A stretch of 64,000 nt of DNA from Candidatus Moraniibacteriota bacterium (GCA_016699975.1 CP064994.1:917874-981873); one strand, 5' to 3'; numbered from the stretch's first letter, positions 40,311 to 58,735 are shown. The notes: generated by a model from the letters alone, not told the origin. Made by a program: numbers and translations.

Positions 40311-40868
40311 TCACACACGAGAGACATAGGTTCCCCTTTCAGTATTCACAATGACCCTCTCTCCTTCTTTCACAAAAAGCGGAGCAGTGATTTCAAGACC
40401 CGTTTCGAGTTTGACCACTTTGTCACCCGAGGAAACACTATCGCCACGAATGCCAGGAGGCGCATCGACGACGCGAAGCGTCACCTTAGGAGGAAGTTCA
40501 ATGGTAAGCGGCGTGCCGCCAAATTGGAGAAGAATAACTTCGATTCCTTCCGTCAGAAAACGTTCAGCTCCATTTAAAACGGACGTTGGAAGCGAGATCT
40601 GATCATAGGATTCCATTTCCATAAATGCATACGAATCCCCTTCTCGGTACAAGTATTGAGCTTTTGTCTTTACAACATCTGCTTCTTCGACCTTGTCCCC
40701 TCCCTGAAACGTCCGATCAAGGACCGCGCCCGTTCGAAGATTTTTGAGCTTCGTTCGCAGCACGGCGCCGGCGCGACCCATTTTGGAGTGCTCATGCGAG
40801 AGAACGGCGTACGGATCCCCGTCGATTACTACTCGCTTTCCGGTTTTGATATCACTTATTCCCATCAT
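40311..40868 (-). CDS. efp: Translation elongation factor P
   Basis: MMGISDIKTGKRVVIDGDPYAVLSHEHSKMGRAGAVLRTKLKNLRTGAV… has the KPGKG-loop region of EF-P. Three-domain length. The upstream in-frame 42 aa (F/L-rich) are probably not translated. Confidence 0.85.
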   Translation of the reverse strand: MMGISDIKTGKRVVIDGDPYAVLSHEHSKMGRAGAVLRTKLKNLRTGAVLDRTFQGGDKVEEADVVKTKAQYLYREGDSYAFMEMESYDQISLPTSVLNGAERFLTEGIEVILLQFGGTPLTIELPPKVTLRVVDAPPGIRGDSVSSGDKVVKLETGLEITAPLFVKEGERVIVNTERGTYVSRV

Positions 40869-41087
40869 ACAAAAGCATTCAAAAAAATATTCAAACAAAA
40901 ACTGAAAGACTTCTCGAAAAAAATGTGGAAGAATTGCAAGAATTATTCGAGCGAAGAAAAAATCGAAAAGGGAGAAGAATCTCCTTTGCTTCACTGTGAA
41001 ATATTTGGAGCGGAAAACTGCGGACCTCGATGTCCGAAGTTTTTGAAGCGAGCTTACGTTGTCTTTTCTCTCTGCTCCTTCCTTCCC

Positions 41088-41297
41088 CTACTGAATGACA
41101 TACGGGATAAGTCCCATGTACCGCGCTCGCTTTATCGTAACAGAAAGACGACGCTGTTCCTTGGTTGTCAATCCGAACTTCTTTGGAGGATAGATTTTTC
41201 CCTGGGAATTGAGAAAACGCCGAAGAAAATACGCGTCTTTATAGTCAAGACTCTCGAGTTTCTTTCGCATTGCTTGTTCTTGATCGCTCGTTTGCAT
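41088..41297 (-). CDS. rpsR: 30S ribosomal protein S18
   Basis: …DYKDAYFLRRFLNSQGKIYPPKKFGLTTKEQRRLSVTIKRARYMGLIPY matches the S18 signature. Confidence 0.8.
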   Translation of the reverse strand: MQTSDQEQAMRKKLESLDYKDAYFLRRFLNSQGKIYPPKKFGLTTKEQRRLSVTIKRARYMGLIPYVIQ

Positions 41298-41433
41298 AAA
41301 AAGAATAATAAAGAAAAAGGGAGAAACGAAGCAAACATTTTTCTTCAGAAAGTTCTTCCTTCGTTCAAAGCGATACAAGAAAAACCATTCTGAAAATTAA
41401 ATTAGTACCTCTCCACCTGCGAATCTAAAATTT

Positions 41434-41946
41434 CTAAAACGGAACGTCTTCTATTTTGATTTCTTCTTTGTCATCATCGAGGTTAATGGTTGGAATATCC
41501 TCTTCTAAGGGGGAGACTGGGGCACCGGCGCGACTGACCGAACCTGATCGGGACGGGGCACCTCCCGAATTTCCCTCGCGATATCCGCCATTTGAGGCCG
41601 ACCCCCCGCCTTGTCCCATGGGACGGCTCCCCATTTGCATATTTTCAGCAACGATTTCCGTCACCCGGCGTTCCACACCGTCTTTTCCGGTATAGGCGCG
41701 CGTTTGAAGGCGCCCCTCAAAATACGCCTCCTGTCCTTTTGTGAGATACTGTCCCGCGATTTCCCCAAGCTTCCCCCAGAGAATGATGGTATGAAACTCC
41801 GTCTTCTCTTGTTTTTGTCCGCTTTTGTCACTCCAGCGGTGACTCGTTGCGAGGCCGATAGTCGTCACAGTCTGCCCCCCTTGTGTCGATCGTGTTTCGG
41901 GATCGCGCGTGAGTCTCCCTACAAGAATCGCTTTGTTGATATTCAT
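41434..41946 (-). CDS. ssb: Single-stranded DNA-binding protein
   Basis: MNINKAILVGRLTRDPETRST…FHTIILWGKLGE…EGRLQTRAYTGKDGVERRVTEIVA… (OB fold), a Gly-rich linker, and the acidic tip …EEDIPF. Confidence 0.9.
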   Translation of the reverse strand: MNINKAILVGRLTRDPETRSTQGGQTVTTIGLATSHRWSDKSGQKQEKTEFHTIILWGKLGEIAGQYLTKGQEAYFEGRLQTRAYTGKDGVERRVTEIVAENMQMGSRPMGQGGGSASNGGYREGNSGGAPSRSGSVSRAGAPVSPLEEDIPTINLDDDKEEIKIEDVPF

Positions 41947-42285
41947 AGGAAATATACTACCAATTTATACACAGAGCACTTTTCTATCAGACTCATGACC
42001 CTCAAAAAGGAGCTCTGTAACGTTACTCCGAGAGAATGAAAATACTCTTTCAGAATTAAGAGGGCGCATTCGAGAGAAGAAATCGGAGCTCCCCTTCCAC
42101 CTGCGCTTACCGATCCACGAAATTAACAATTCATGAGAAACGCTTCATGCGTTATTCAATTCAGTCAAGTGCAGGAAGGAACTCTCGCACAAACGAAACG
42201 CCTCGATATTTTACTTTCTTCGAAAGAAAATAGCTTGAAATCTTTCCACAAAAAGTTTCTGGAAATGCCTGTAATCTCAAGTTTT

Positions 42286-42780
42286 TCAGATATCAAGTAC
42301 CTCACCCAACTTTTTGTCAATTTCCGTATCGGAAAGTCCGGGCTTTTGTTTTTCCGGAGCGACGGCCGCAGGAGTCACCGAAGGAGAAGGAAGCGGCCTC
42401 GTCGGACGAAAAGAAGAGGGCCGCCCGGGAGCACGGCGACGCGTATCCGCGACGCGCTTCACTCGCTCCTGCGATTCCTCAAGCGCTGGGAGTCCTTCCG
42501 ATCGAACCACGAGAAAACGGAGAATATCGCCGTTCAACAAGAGCTTCTTCGAAAGATTCCCGGGAACATCGCCCGCCGCCTCCTTCGTCGTAAATCGCTT
42601 TGCAACATAAATGCCACGACGCTCTTTCTTAATAGGATATTCCATGCGCCGCTCGTCGATAAATTCTCCGGGCTGCATTTCTCCTCCTTCTCCGACGACA
42701 AGCGTTTCGAGCTCTTTCTGAATCCGATCGAGATCGGCCCGCTTTGACTCTGCAATCAGATAAAACAATTCGTATTCCAT
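42286..42780 (-). CDS. rpsF: 30S ribosomal protein S6 (with C-terminal extension)
   Basis: MEYELFYLIAESKRADLDRIQKELETLV…YPIKKERRGIYVAKRF… First gene of the rpsF-ssb-rpsR cluster. Confidence 0.85.
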   Translation of the reverse strand: MEYELFYLIAESKRADLDRIQKELETLVVGEGGEMQPGEFIDERRMEYPIKKERRGIYVAKRFTTKEAAGDVPGNLSKKLLLNGDILRFLVVRSEGLPALEESQERVKRVADTRRRAPGRPSSFRPTRPLPSPSVTPAAVAPEKQKPGLSDTEIDKKLGEVLDI

Positions 42781-43020
42781 AGACACATGTACCAAGAAAA
42801 ATTATCGAAAGAAGAAAAACTCCTCCCATTTCCGCCTCTCCCTGCTTTCAAAAAAACCGCGGCCAAAAGCCGCGGAACCTGATGAATGGTTTCCTGTCCG
42901 ATTCTATCCCCACACGTTCTCGTCTATCGTTCTTTGCGTGAGGCGGAACCAGTTCGGCCTTTCGAAATATGCTTTTACCGTATCACACGTACTGATACTG
43001 TCAAGAAGAGTGATCGTTTC

Positions 43021-45558
43021 CTAGACTTGCCACTGATCATCGGACGAAAATCGCTTCTCCGGAAGAGACGATTCACTTTCGACTTCGGGCGCAGTTGGCC
43101 GCGACGACACGGATGAGGGACTCCCGTTTTTTGCAGCAAAAACCTCTCTCGGCTTCGAGCCATCAGCCGGACCGATTACCCCTTCCTGCTCCAGAAGATC
43201 AATAAGTTTGGCGGCACGCGAGTAGCCAAGCCCCATGCGTCGTTGCAAAAAAGAAGTGGAGGCGCGACCGAATTCCAGAACCACCCGCTTCGCATCTTCA
43301 TAACGCGGATCCCGTTCGCCGTCCCCACTCTCTTCCGTATCGTCGAGCGAGAACACCATCTCATCAGAGAGCGGCTCGTCACGGTTGGACTCGGGAACTA
43401 CCGAAGCTATATGAGTACCATCTTGAGAATCCGCGCGCGTCGGAATCGCGAATTCCCGTTCAGGAAAGTTCGTCTTTGTCACCGTTTCTCCGATCGGCTC
43501 TTCATATCCCGACCGAACTTTTTGTTCCCGCAAAAATTCCACCACGTTTGCAATTTCTTCTTCCGTAACAAGCGCGCCTTGGAGGCGTCTCGGCTGCGCA
43601 AGTCCCGCGGTCGTAAAGAGCATATCGCCGCGTCCCAAAAGTTTTTCGGCACCGCTTTGGTCGAGAATGGTACGCGAATCGATTTGTGTAGCAACCTGAA
43701 ACGCGACCCGACTCACGATATTGGCTTTGATGAGCCCGGTAATGACTTCGACACTGGGGCGCTGTGTCGCCAGCACCAAATGAATTCCAACAGCACGCGC
43801 CATTTGCGCAAGCCGCACAATTGCCGCCTCCACCTCGCGACCATGGGCCATCATGAGATCCGCCATTTCATCAATGACGATCACAATGTACGGGAGTTTG
43901 GGCAATTCTTCTTCACGACTCCCGCCGCCAGGGAGCGAAATTTCTCGCTTCTCGCCGCGCAAAGATCGGGCATGATACGAGGCAATATCCCGCGATCCCA
44001 CTTCCTGCAACAATTTATAGCGACGCTCCATCTCGCCCACCATCGAGCGGAGCGCATTCACTACTTTTTTTGAATCGACAATGACGTCGGTAATGAGATG
44101 TGGGATGCCATTATAGAGAGAGAGTTCGACGCGCTTCGGGTCAATCAAGACCAACTGCAAATTTTCGGGCGCATGATGGTACAAGAGCGAAAGAAGAAGC
44201 GAGTTGATAAAAATACTTTTCCCTGAGTTTGTTGCACCCGCAACCAACAAGTGTGGCATGCGCGCCAAATCAGAAACCGCGTACTCACCGTAAACATCCT
44301 TTCCGAGCGCAATCGTGAGAGACGACGAAGCAGGTCGCTTCACAAAAGACGGGCTCTCCAAAATACTCCGCAGTCGAACGATTGCCTGAGCGGTATTGGG
44401 CACTTCTATTCCAAGGAGTGCTCTTCCGGGAATCGGCGCCTCGATGCGAATAGAGGGGGCAGCGAGCGCAAGAGCGAGATCATTGTGAAGTGTTGTGATA
44501 CGAGAAATTTTGACACCGCTTGCCGGACTAAACGTATATTGAGTCACGCTCGGTCCCTCCTTAATTTCTTTGGGAATCACTTCGATGCCAAAGTTCATGA
44601 GGGTCTGTCGAATCACTTCGGCACGCGCCGCCGTATCTCCACCAAACCCTTGCTCATCGGAAGCGTCAAGAAGATCAAGGGGTGGAAGTTGCCAAAAGCG
44701 ATGTCGTTTCATGGGCGCGCGCCGAGGAAGCGCCGGTGCCACACTCGGTTCACTTGAAAGAAAATAGGCGGGAACAGAAGTAAGACCCTCCGTTTTCTCC
44801 GAGGGCGACGCCTCCGGAGCCGATTCATCAGGAAAGTGAATGCGCTTAATGTTTTCTCGATGGAGGAGTGGGTCAGACACAGGTGATTCCCGAGATTCTT
44901 CGGGAGAAGCATTGGCTTCTGCTTCTTCCACAGGGACAACATTCGGCACCGGTTCTTCTTGCGCTTCTTCGTTCGACTCTTCTTCAGTCTTCCCTTTGGC
45001 CGAGAGACGCGCCCCGATTCCATCCGAAAACCGAAGGAGAGAAACATTGAGGGCCGCAATAGTTCCTACCAAAAAGAACGTAAGAAAAAGAATCGTTCCT
45101 CCTATGTCACCCGCGAGCGTTCCAAAGAGAGTTGCGAGCGCATACCCAACATAGCCGCCGCCTTCACCCACATCTGCAACCTTCTTGAGGTTTCCGCCCT
45201 GAAAGAAATGGATGAGTCCAAGTAAGGACAGAAATGACGTCGAAAGTCCACCAAGCTTTACCGCATCGGACCACGAGCTCGTTCGACGACGGAAGAGAAA
45301 AATTCCGGAGAGAAACAAAACGAAGGGGAATATCCACTTGCCCTAACCAAGCATTCGTCTTGAAAGCGTATCGAAAAAATTTCCGAGCATCCCCGCATTT
45401 TCAAAAAACCCAAGCGTAAAAAGCGCACCAAGAGAAAAAAGAAAAATCGCCGCGATACTCCGCTTCACATCGTGATCCAAAACGCCTGAGCGTGATGACT
45501 CTTTTTCCTCTTTTTTTTCGGGAAACGTTTCCGCTTCCCCCTTCTTTTTTCTTGCCAT
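43021..45558 (-). CDS. ftsK: DNA translocase FtsK/SpoIIIE, reading frame interrupted by an in-frame TAG at 45343-45345
   Basis: N-terminal TM segment (45343..45558: …IAAIFLFSLGALFTLGFF…), then in-frame TAG, eight codons, and the 765-aa body. The body has Walker A (LVAGATNSGKS), Walker B (YIVIVIDEMADLM), …LATQRPSV… and the C-terminal gamma winged-helix (…TSFLQRRMGLGYSRAAKLIDLLEQEGVIGP…). Confidence 0.85.
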
Positions 45559-45920
45559 ACAATCAATAGTGACTCACCTTCTCAAAAATGAGCGCCTTTC
45601 AAAAAATCTCTTCTCGTCGTCCTTTCGAAAACTCTTGATTCTTCTCTCCTCTCGACGTATTCCGATAAAGCCCCTCCTCTTCGAAGAACAGTCGAAAGAA
45701 CAGCGGAAAGTTTCCGAAAGAAAATCAGAGCACGGCATTCGATATACGTTCCGCTGACCTCGGAGAATCAAGAGGCAGTGTAACAGAAAGAGAGAATTCG
45801 CCTCGTCACAAAAAAGTGAAGTCTTTCGAAGAACTTTCTTGCATTTTTTGGAGGTGAAACTCCCCTGAGACGAGGAAAGGAGACGATGAAAGAAAGCTCC
45901 TCAGAGAGCGGGTTTATTAT

Positions 45921-45956
45921 ATCACAGAGGACCAAGTATATCCGAAAGGGAAAACG
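45921..45956 (-). terminator. Intrinsic terminator downstream of rpoC
   Basis: On the minus strand: gaaaACGCTTCCCccaGGGAAGCGTtttccctttc (9-bp stem, T-rich tail). Confidence 0.5.
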
Positions 45957-46022
45957 CTTCCCTGGGGGAAGCGTTTTCAGAAAGCATCGTCGGGAAAGCC
46001 GTGAACCCTTCTCTTAATTCTC

Positions 46023-53109
<7,087 letters not shown>

Positions 53110-53315
53110 AAAAGCCCTCCGAAGAAGTTGGAGTTGATGAGAATTACGACTCGCTTAACGTGAATTGAAGGATTCTTTCGGCAAAAGCGTCGACATGCGC
53201 TTGGAAAACCGGGGCCTATCAAACCAAATCCGAGAAAATCACATGGCCCAGCATTGGAAAAAGAGTCCAAAATCATGAAACTCCAAGCCAGACAAGCCTC
53301 TCTATCTGTCGATCG

Positions 53316-53343
53316 AGTATATCAGCGATAGATAATTTGTCAA
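53316..53343 (-). promoter_or_regulatory. Candidate sigma70-type promoter upstream of rpoB (TTGACA, 16-nt spacer, TATACT)
   Basis: Minus-strand sequence aaaTTGACAaattatctatcgctgaTATACTcg lies about 200 nt upstream of the rpoB start. Confidence 0.4.
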
Positions 53344-53585
53344 ATTTCTGAGAAGACGCTCGCTCAAGGACTTAGCCTCTCAAAAGAGTGCCAATTTCAA
53401 AACAAGGAAGTTGAGCAAGAAAAACCATCTACTCTTCACAATACCTCCTCTTCAGGAAGAGAGGATCGGAAGCTTCTGTATGAAAGAAAAAACAAGGAAA
53501 CTTCCGATCACTATTTCAATTTTCTTTCTATCTTCGGAGCGACTCTCTCAAGAATCGCTCCGTTTTTCAGAATCTCTTCGGGGTT

Positions 53586-56500
53586 CTACACTCCCCGTTG
53601 TTTCCACCAGAAGAAGAAGAGGGAAAGAACGGAAACGGGAAGCAGAATGAGAAGGGTGAATGAGGTAAAGCTCTTGAAAGGATTCCACCAGGGAGCCGCT
53701 TCTTCTATGGGAGCGGTTTCGGAAGAAACAGGAACAGGAGGAGTTGTTTCGGTCTCGGTCATACGCTCGGGAGCTTTCTCCATTTCTTGTTTCGACTCAT
53801 TTGGTGGTGTGCTCACACTTTCGGCCGCACGACGGAGTCGTTCTTCGGCTTCACGATCCGCTGTCGAAGACATATCGGTTTTTGAAGGAAGTGTCTGAGA
53901 GACAGAGGGCGAAGAAGTAAGAGAAGAGGCAGGCTTTGTTGGAGACGAGGTTTTCTCGGAAGGAAGGGTCTTCATGCTCGGCGCAGCGAGCGTCTTTACG
54001 AAATGAATACGGCTTGAATCGGTGTTGTCATTCCCATCTTTTGCCTTGACGCGGAAGTAGTAGAGGGTGTTTGGCTTGAGGCCCGTCAAGATGACTCGGT
54101 GATCTTTGTCTTTTTGGTTTTCCTCTCGCTTCTCGAGGAGCATCTTCGTGGTTCCGTAGCGTACCACACCTGTTGTGGGATAATCCGTGTCCCACGTAAT
54201 CGTGATGGTGTCTTTGGTGGCATTCGACTTCACATGATGAACGTTCAGATTTCGACTCTCGTCTTCGTCATCATCGTCATTACTCTTTGTGGGAGAGACG
54301 GCCGGAGCAGGAGCGGGGGTTTGTCCGGGTGTGGCAATCGCAAAGCTAATGAAAGAATCGGTTGTGTTGACGTTCCCGCCTGTATCGGTGCAACGAACGT
54401 AATAGGTGTAGCTCTGTCCGTTCATGAGACCCGTTACCACCTGCGAATGACTCGTGGTGCCGGTGGTTGTGAAGGTGTTGGGGAGAGAGGCATAGGCCTG
54501 TGAAGTCGTACCATACTTACAGGTCGCGTTCATATTGGTCGAAAGAGAGAGGGTCGCCTGAGTTGTCCCAGCAGCGAGGGTGCCCGATGGAAGCAAGTTG
54601 GAGCGAACAGGCGCGGCTCCTGCGGTCACGGCTTTCGAGAAGGAGCGCTGTGCTGTTCCCGTGTTCCCTGAGGGGTCAGTGTCTCTGAGGTAGAGGGTGA
54701 AGGTTGCCCCTTCCGCAATACTGCCCCACCCGGTCATTTGGGAAAGGGTAGTGGAGCCACTGGTGCAGGAGACCCAGTCGGTATTGTTTACGGAGCACTG
54801 CGGAGCAGTCGGTTCAGAGTTGGTGAAGGTCACCGTGTCGGAGGAAGAGACCGTGGCGCCGGAAGCAGGAGCAGAGATGGTGAGGACAGGAGCCGTCGTA
54901 TCTGCCGGGTTCGCTACCGAAAAAGAAACCGTGAAGTCAGTGGTGTTTGCATTGCCTGCCGTATCCTGACAGCGGATGTGATAGGTGTAGCTTTGTCCAT
55001 TACTGAGACCCGAAATGGTTTGTGAGTGGCTGGTGCTGTTTGTGGTTGTGAAGGTGTTCGGGAGAGACGCGTAGGCTTGATCGGTGGTGCCGTACTTACA
55101 GGTTGCGGTTTCATTGGTGGTAAGCGTCATCGTGGTACTTGTGGTTCCAGCGGTGAGGCTTCCTGAGGGAGCGGGGTTGGAGCGAGTCGGCACTGTTGCG
55201 TCAATGGTAAACGTGTCTGTTGCTGCATTGGCATTTGTGACGACATTGCCGGAGCTATCTGTTGCTCGGACATACATGGTATGGGAGCCGTCAGTGAGGG
55301 CGGCACTCACGGTACAGGTAAAGGCTTCCGTTCCTGCATTAAAGGTGCCGTCATTGGGAGTACAGGCATTCCAGGTGCCTGCGGTGCTGTCCATCTGGTA
55401 CTGGACAGAAGAGATGGTACTCCCCGCGTCCGTTGCGGAGCCTGTGAGCGCCGGGGTGTTGTCTGTGTTGGGATCAGGAGAGAGTGCGGTCAGGGTGAGG
55501 ACAGGAGCCGTCGTATCTGCCGGGTTCGCTACTGAAAAAGAAACCGTGAAGTCAGTGGTGTTTGCATTGCCTGCCGTATCCTGACAGCGGATGTGATAGG
55601 TGTAGCTTTGTCCATTACTGAGACCCGAAATGGTTTGTGAGTGGCTGGTGCTGTTTGTGGTTGTGAAGGTGTTCGGGAGAGACGCGTAGGCTTGATCGGT
55701 GGTGCCGTACTTACAGGTTGCGGTTTCATTGGTAGTAAGCGTCATCGTGGTACTTGTGGTTCCAGCGGTGAGGCTTCCTGAGGGAGCGGGGTTGGAGCGA
55801 ACGGGAGGGGTGGTGTCGGTCACTGCTTTTGTGAGATTTGCAACTTGTGCTGTTCCCGTGTTCCCTGAGGGGTCAGTGTCTCTGAGGTAGAGGGTGAAGG
55901 AGAATCCTTCGGGAAGCGCGCTCCACCCGGTCATTTGGGAAAGGGTAGTGGAGCCACTGGTGCAGGAGACCCAGTCGGTATTGTTTACGGAGCACTGCGG
56001 AGCAGTCGGTTCAGAGTTGGTGAAGGTCACAACTTGCGAACCGTTTACCGTCGATCCTGTTGTTGGTGCCGTCACGGAGAGCGAAGGAGCGGTAGTGTCT
56101 ATGCTAAAAGTATCGGAGGATTCGCTGCCGGGAGGGGTCGTTTTGGAATTTGAGTCTGTTGCGCGGACATACATGGTGTGGGATCCATTAGAGAGAGCAG
56201 CACTTACTGTACAGGTGAAGGCTTCCGTCGCCCCGTCGAAGGTACCGTCATTGGGAGTACAGGCATTCCAAGTTCCTGCGGTACTGTCGATTTGGTACTC
56301 AACAGACACAAGAGCGCTTCCGACATCGGTAACAGATCCAGTAAGTGCGGGGGTTGAGTCGTTATTTGGGTCAGGAGTGAGTGCGGTGAGCGTGATGGTG
56401 GGAGCTGCCTCATTATAGGATGTGACAAAAGAATTGGTTGTCGCAGAACTCGTTTTGGAATCCGTACCAGGGCCAGGATTGAAGTCAACCGTGGCACCGT

Positions 56501-58000
56501 AAGATCCAGAAGCATATAAAAGCGTGTCAGAAACATAGGCAAGACCCACTACCGAATCCGCTCCCGTTCCACCGATACTCCAGGCGTTTTGATAGGATCC
56601 ATTCGAAGCGTACCGAACAAAGAACATATCGTTCCCACCGGCACTTACAAGGTTATTAATCCCGGCACCTGGATCTGAATCCATTGTTGCATTAAAAAAT
56701 CCTCCTGCTATGACATTTCCCGTCGGACTCACAGAGACAATATTCACGCGGTCATCGCCAGTGCCCCCAATAGTCTGAACCCATCGATATGCACCGGTCG
56801 AATCAAAGGAGACAAGAAAACCATCAGCTCCTCCTGCGCCCGTACGAGTATCAGTCCCCGTACCCGGGTCGAAATCAATTGTTCCACTTGTCGAGTACCC
56901 TGTTACATAGATTTCGTTCCCAGACGGACTCACTTTTACATTTGTTCCGTAGTCATTACTTGTCCCTCCGAACGATCGGCCCCATAGATATCCTCCCGAC
57001 GTGGTGTAAGAGGCGAGGAAGACGTCGTGGACACTTGAACCGCCATTCGTTTTGATATCAGTGCCAGCAGTAGGGTCAAGATCAATGGAGGAACTCGCGA
57101 AATTTCCCGTCGCGTAAATATTCCCATCGGCTCCAATAGTGATTCCATTCATTACATCACTACCTGTCGATCCCAGCGTAAAAGTCCAATTGTATACTCC
57201 GGCCGACGAAAGCGATGTCAGAAACATGTCCCCTGAGCCGGCACTCGTTTTCTCGTCAACTCCAGCCGGATCGGGGTTGAAATCGATTGGCGTTGCACTC
57301 GCAAACTGTCCCGAAACAAAAACGTTTCCATTTGTATCACTTGTTATTCCAAATGATATATCGCTACCCGTTCCGCCAGCATTCCACGCCCAGCGGTAAT
57401 TTCCGTTCGAATCGTACGAAACGAGAAAGGCATCAAAACCGCCCGCATTCGTTCGCGAATCAATGCCAGTACCAGCATCAAAGTCAGTCGTCGATGTATA
57501 GAGACCAGAAACATACACATCACCCGAAGGAGCAACAATATATGCCGCGCTTCATCGGTTCCAGTGCCACCGAAAGTTCGAGTCCAGCGATACGCGCCAG
57601 AAGCATCAAAAGAAGTAATAAAGATATCCGCTTGACCAACTGAAGTCCTTGAATCTATAGGGGTTCCCGGATTAAAGTCAGCTGTTCCAAAAAAGTACCC
57701 CGTCGTATAGACATTTCCGCTTGCGTCAACCGCCATGAAGTTCGAAGCACTCGTGGTACCACCCATCTGCGGAACCTGCGTCCAGTTGTATTCGAGCGCT
57801 GCCGCCGCGGGAGACGAAAAAGATATCGCTCCAAGAAGAAGGAGGAACGAAAAAAAAGTTCCTCGAAGAAAATTCTTTCTTCGAAAACTTTGGAAGAGAC
57901 ACTTCATACTTTTTCTTTTATACAGTTTAGCTATTAGTTTCATAAACAAAGAAAAACATTTCGTAGTCGAGAGAGAAAAACGGGATCGCTCGACTCTCAA
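53586..58000 (-). CDS. Giant (about 1470 aa) cell-surface protein with SBBP beta-propeller repeats, Ig/Fn3-like cassettes and a C-terminal TM anchor; single frame break near 57540
   Basis: 57344..58000: signal peptide plus the first SBBP-like repeats (…ASGNVYTTGYFFGTADFNPG…ADIFITSFDASGAYRWTRTFGGTGTDEA). 53586..57518: eight or more further SBBP-type repeats (…GNxYxTGxFxxxxDFDPGxG…FLxSYxxxGxYxW…GGTGxD). Then repeated Fn3-like cassettes (…CKYGTTDQAYASLPNTF…SYTYHIRCQDTAGN…), an S/T/P-rich stalk, and a hydrophobic tail (LLILLPVSVLSLFFFWW). Confidence 0.8.
54650..56030. repeat. Near-identical intragenic direct repeats (about 308 bp x2, about 180 bp x2) encoding duplicated Fn3-like cassettes
   Basis: 54879-55186 is nearly identical to 55494-55801 (offset 615, 2 mismatches seen). 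54652-54830 is nearly identical to 55849-56030 (offset 1197). The identical shadow ORFs 54914..55114 / 55529..55729 and 54697.. / 55894.. reflect these copies. Confidence 0.85.
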
Positions 58001-58502
58001 ATGGAAACAAAATGATTATACCACATTGGAAAATAAATGATGAAAAATGAGAGGGCGTCAAGAGTCAAAAATACTCGTCCCAAAATCTCAGCGCACGAAA
58101 GAAAGCGCGGCAAAATCTTTAAAAATTCGTTCATTGTTTCTTGCTACCTAATTCCTCTGTTTTTTTAGAAAGAAGGAACAAGAAGGATTTTCTCCACTCC
58201 GCCGAGCACTGAAATTCAAAATATCTTTCTCTCGCGTCTTTCCCACCCTCTTCTTCGTATGACTTCCCTTCCTCCAAATGGCACAAGTTAAATTCGAATG
58301 TTATAAGCCTGCCTTGAACGGAGAAGGTGTGTAGGTATTCCCACAGCGCCTTGCCCATTCTCAAAAAATTTGGTTCAAGAGGAAAAGCTGAAAGACCAGT
58401 GTCTCACATATTTCAAAACGTCCTTCCAAAAAGTTCTTACAAATAATATAGAGAAGTGAGAGAAAACCTGTAAAAAATTCCCAACGCTTCCCTTTCAAAA
58501 GA

Positions 58503-58545
58503 AAAACGCTTGAACAAGGTTCTGTTCAAGCGTTTTCACACTGTG
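58503..58545 (-). terminator. Intrinsic terminator after the 61-aa small ORF
   Basis: On the minus strand: aaaACGCTTGAACAgaaccTTGTTCAAGCGTttttctttt. Confidence 0.5.
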
Positions 58546-58549
58546 AGTA

Positions 58550-58735
58550 TTAATCCTCGGGCGCCGTCGCCGCAGCATACGTAAAGCGGCATTCCAGAGG
58601 ACAGTCTTGGTAACGATTCTTAAAGGAATTATTGCGCGAAGGTCCACCTTTATTATTACCGCGCTGTTGTGATTTATTTTCTGGAATAATGGGTGACGCA
58701 CCTTTGCCTGACTTTCTTTTAGAGTGCATCGACAT
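58550..58735 (-). CDS. Small basic hypothetical protein (61 aa) with strong RBS
   Basis: GAAGGAGG lies 7 nt upstream of ATG. The protein is MSMHSKRKSGKGASPIIPENKSQQRGNNKGGPSRNNSFKNRYQDCPLECRFTYAAATAPED. Followed by a hairpin terminator. Sits in an AT-rich gap. Confidence 0.45.
   Translation of the reverse strand: MSMHSKRKSGKGASPIIPENKSQQRGNNKGGPSRNNSFKNRYQDCPLECRFTYAAATAPED

Noticed and set aside
40869-40994. 42-codon F/L-rich N-terminal extension of efp (MKQRRFFSLFDFFF…)
   Set aside because: EF-P homology starts at the internal MMGISDIK. The extension is low-complexity and probably untranslated leader.
54914-55729. Pairs of identical small ORFs (54914..55114 = 55529..55729; 55084.. = 55699..)
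   Set aside because: Antisense images of the duplicated 308-bp intragenic repeat, not independent genes.
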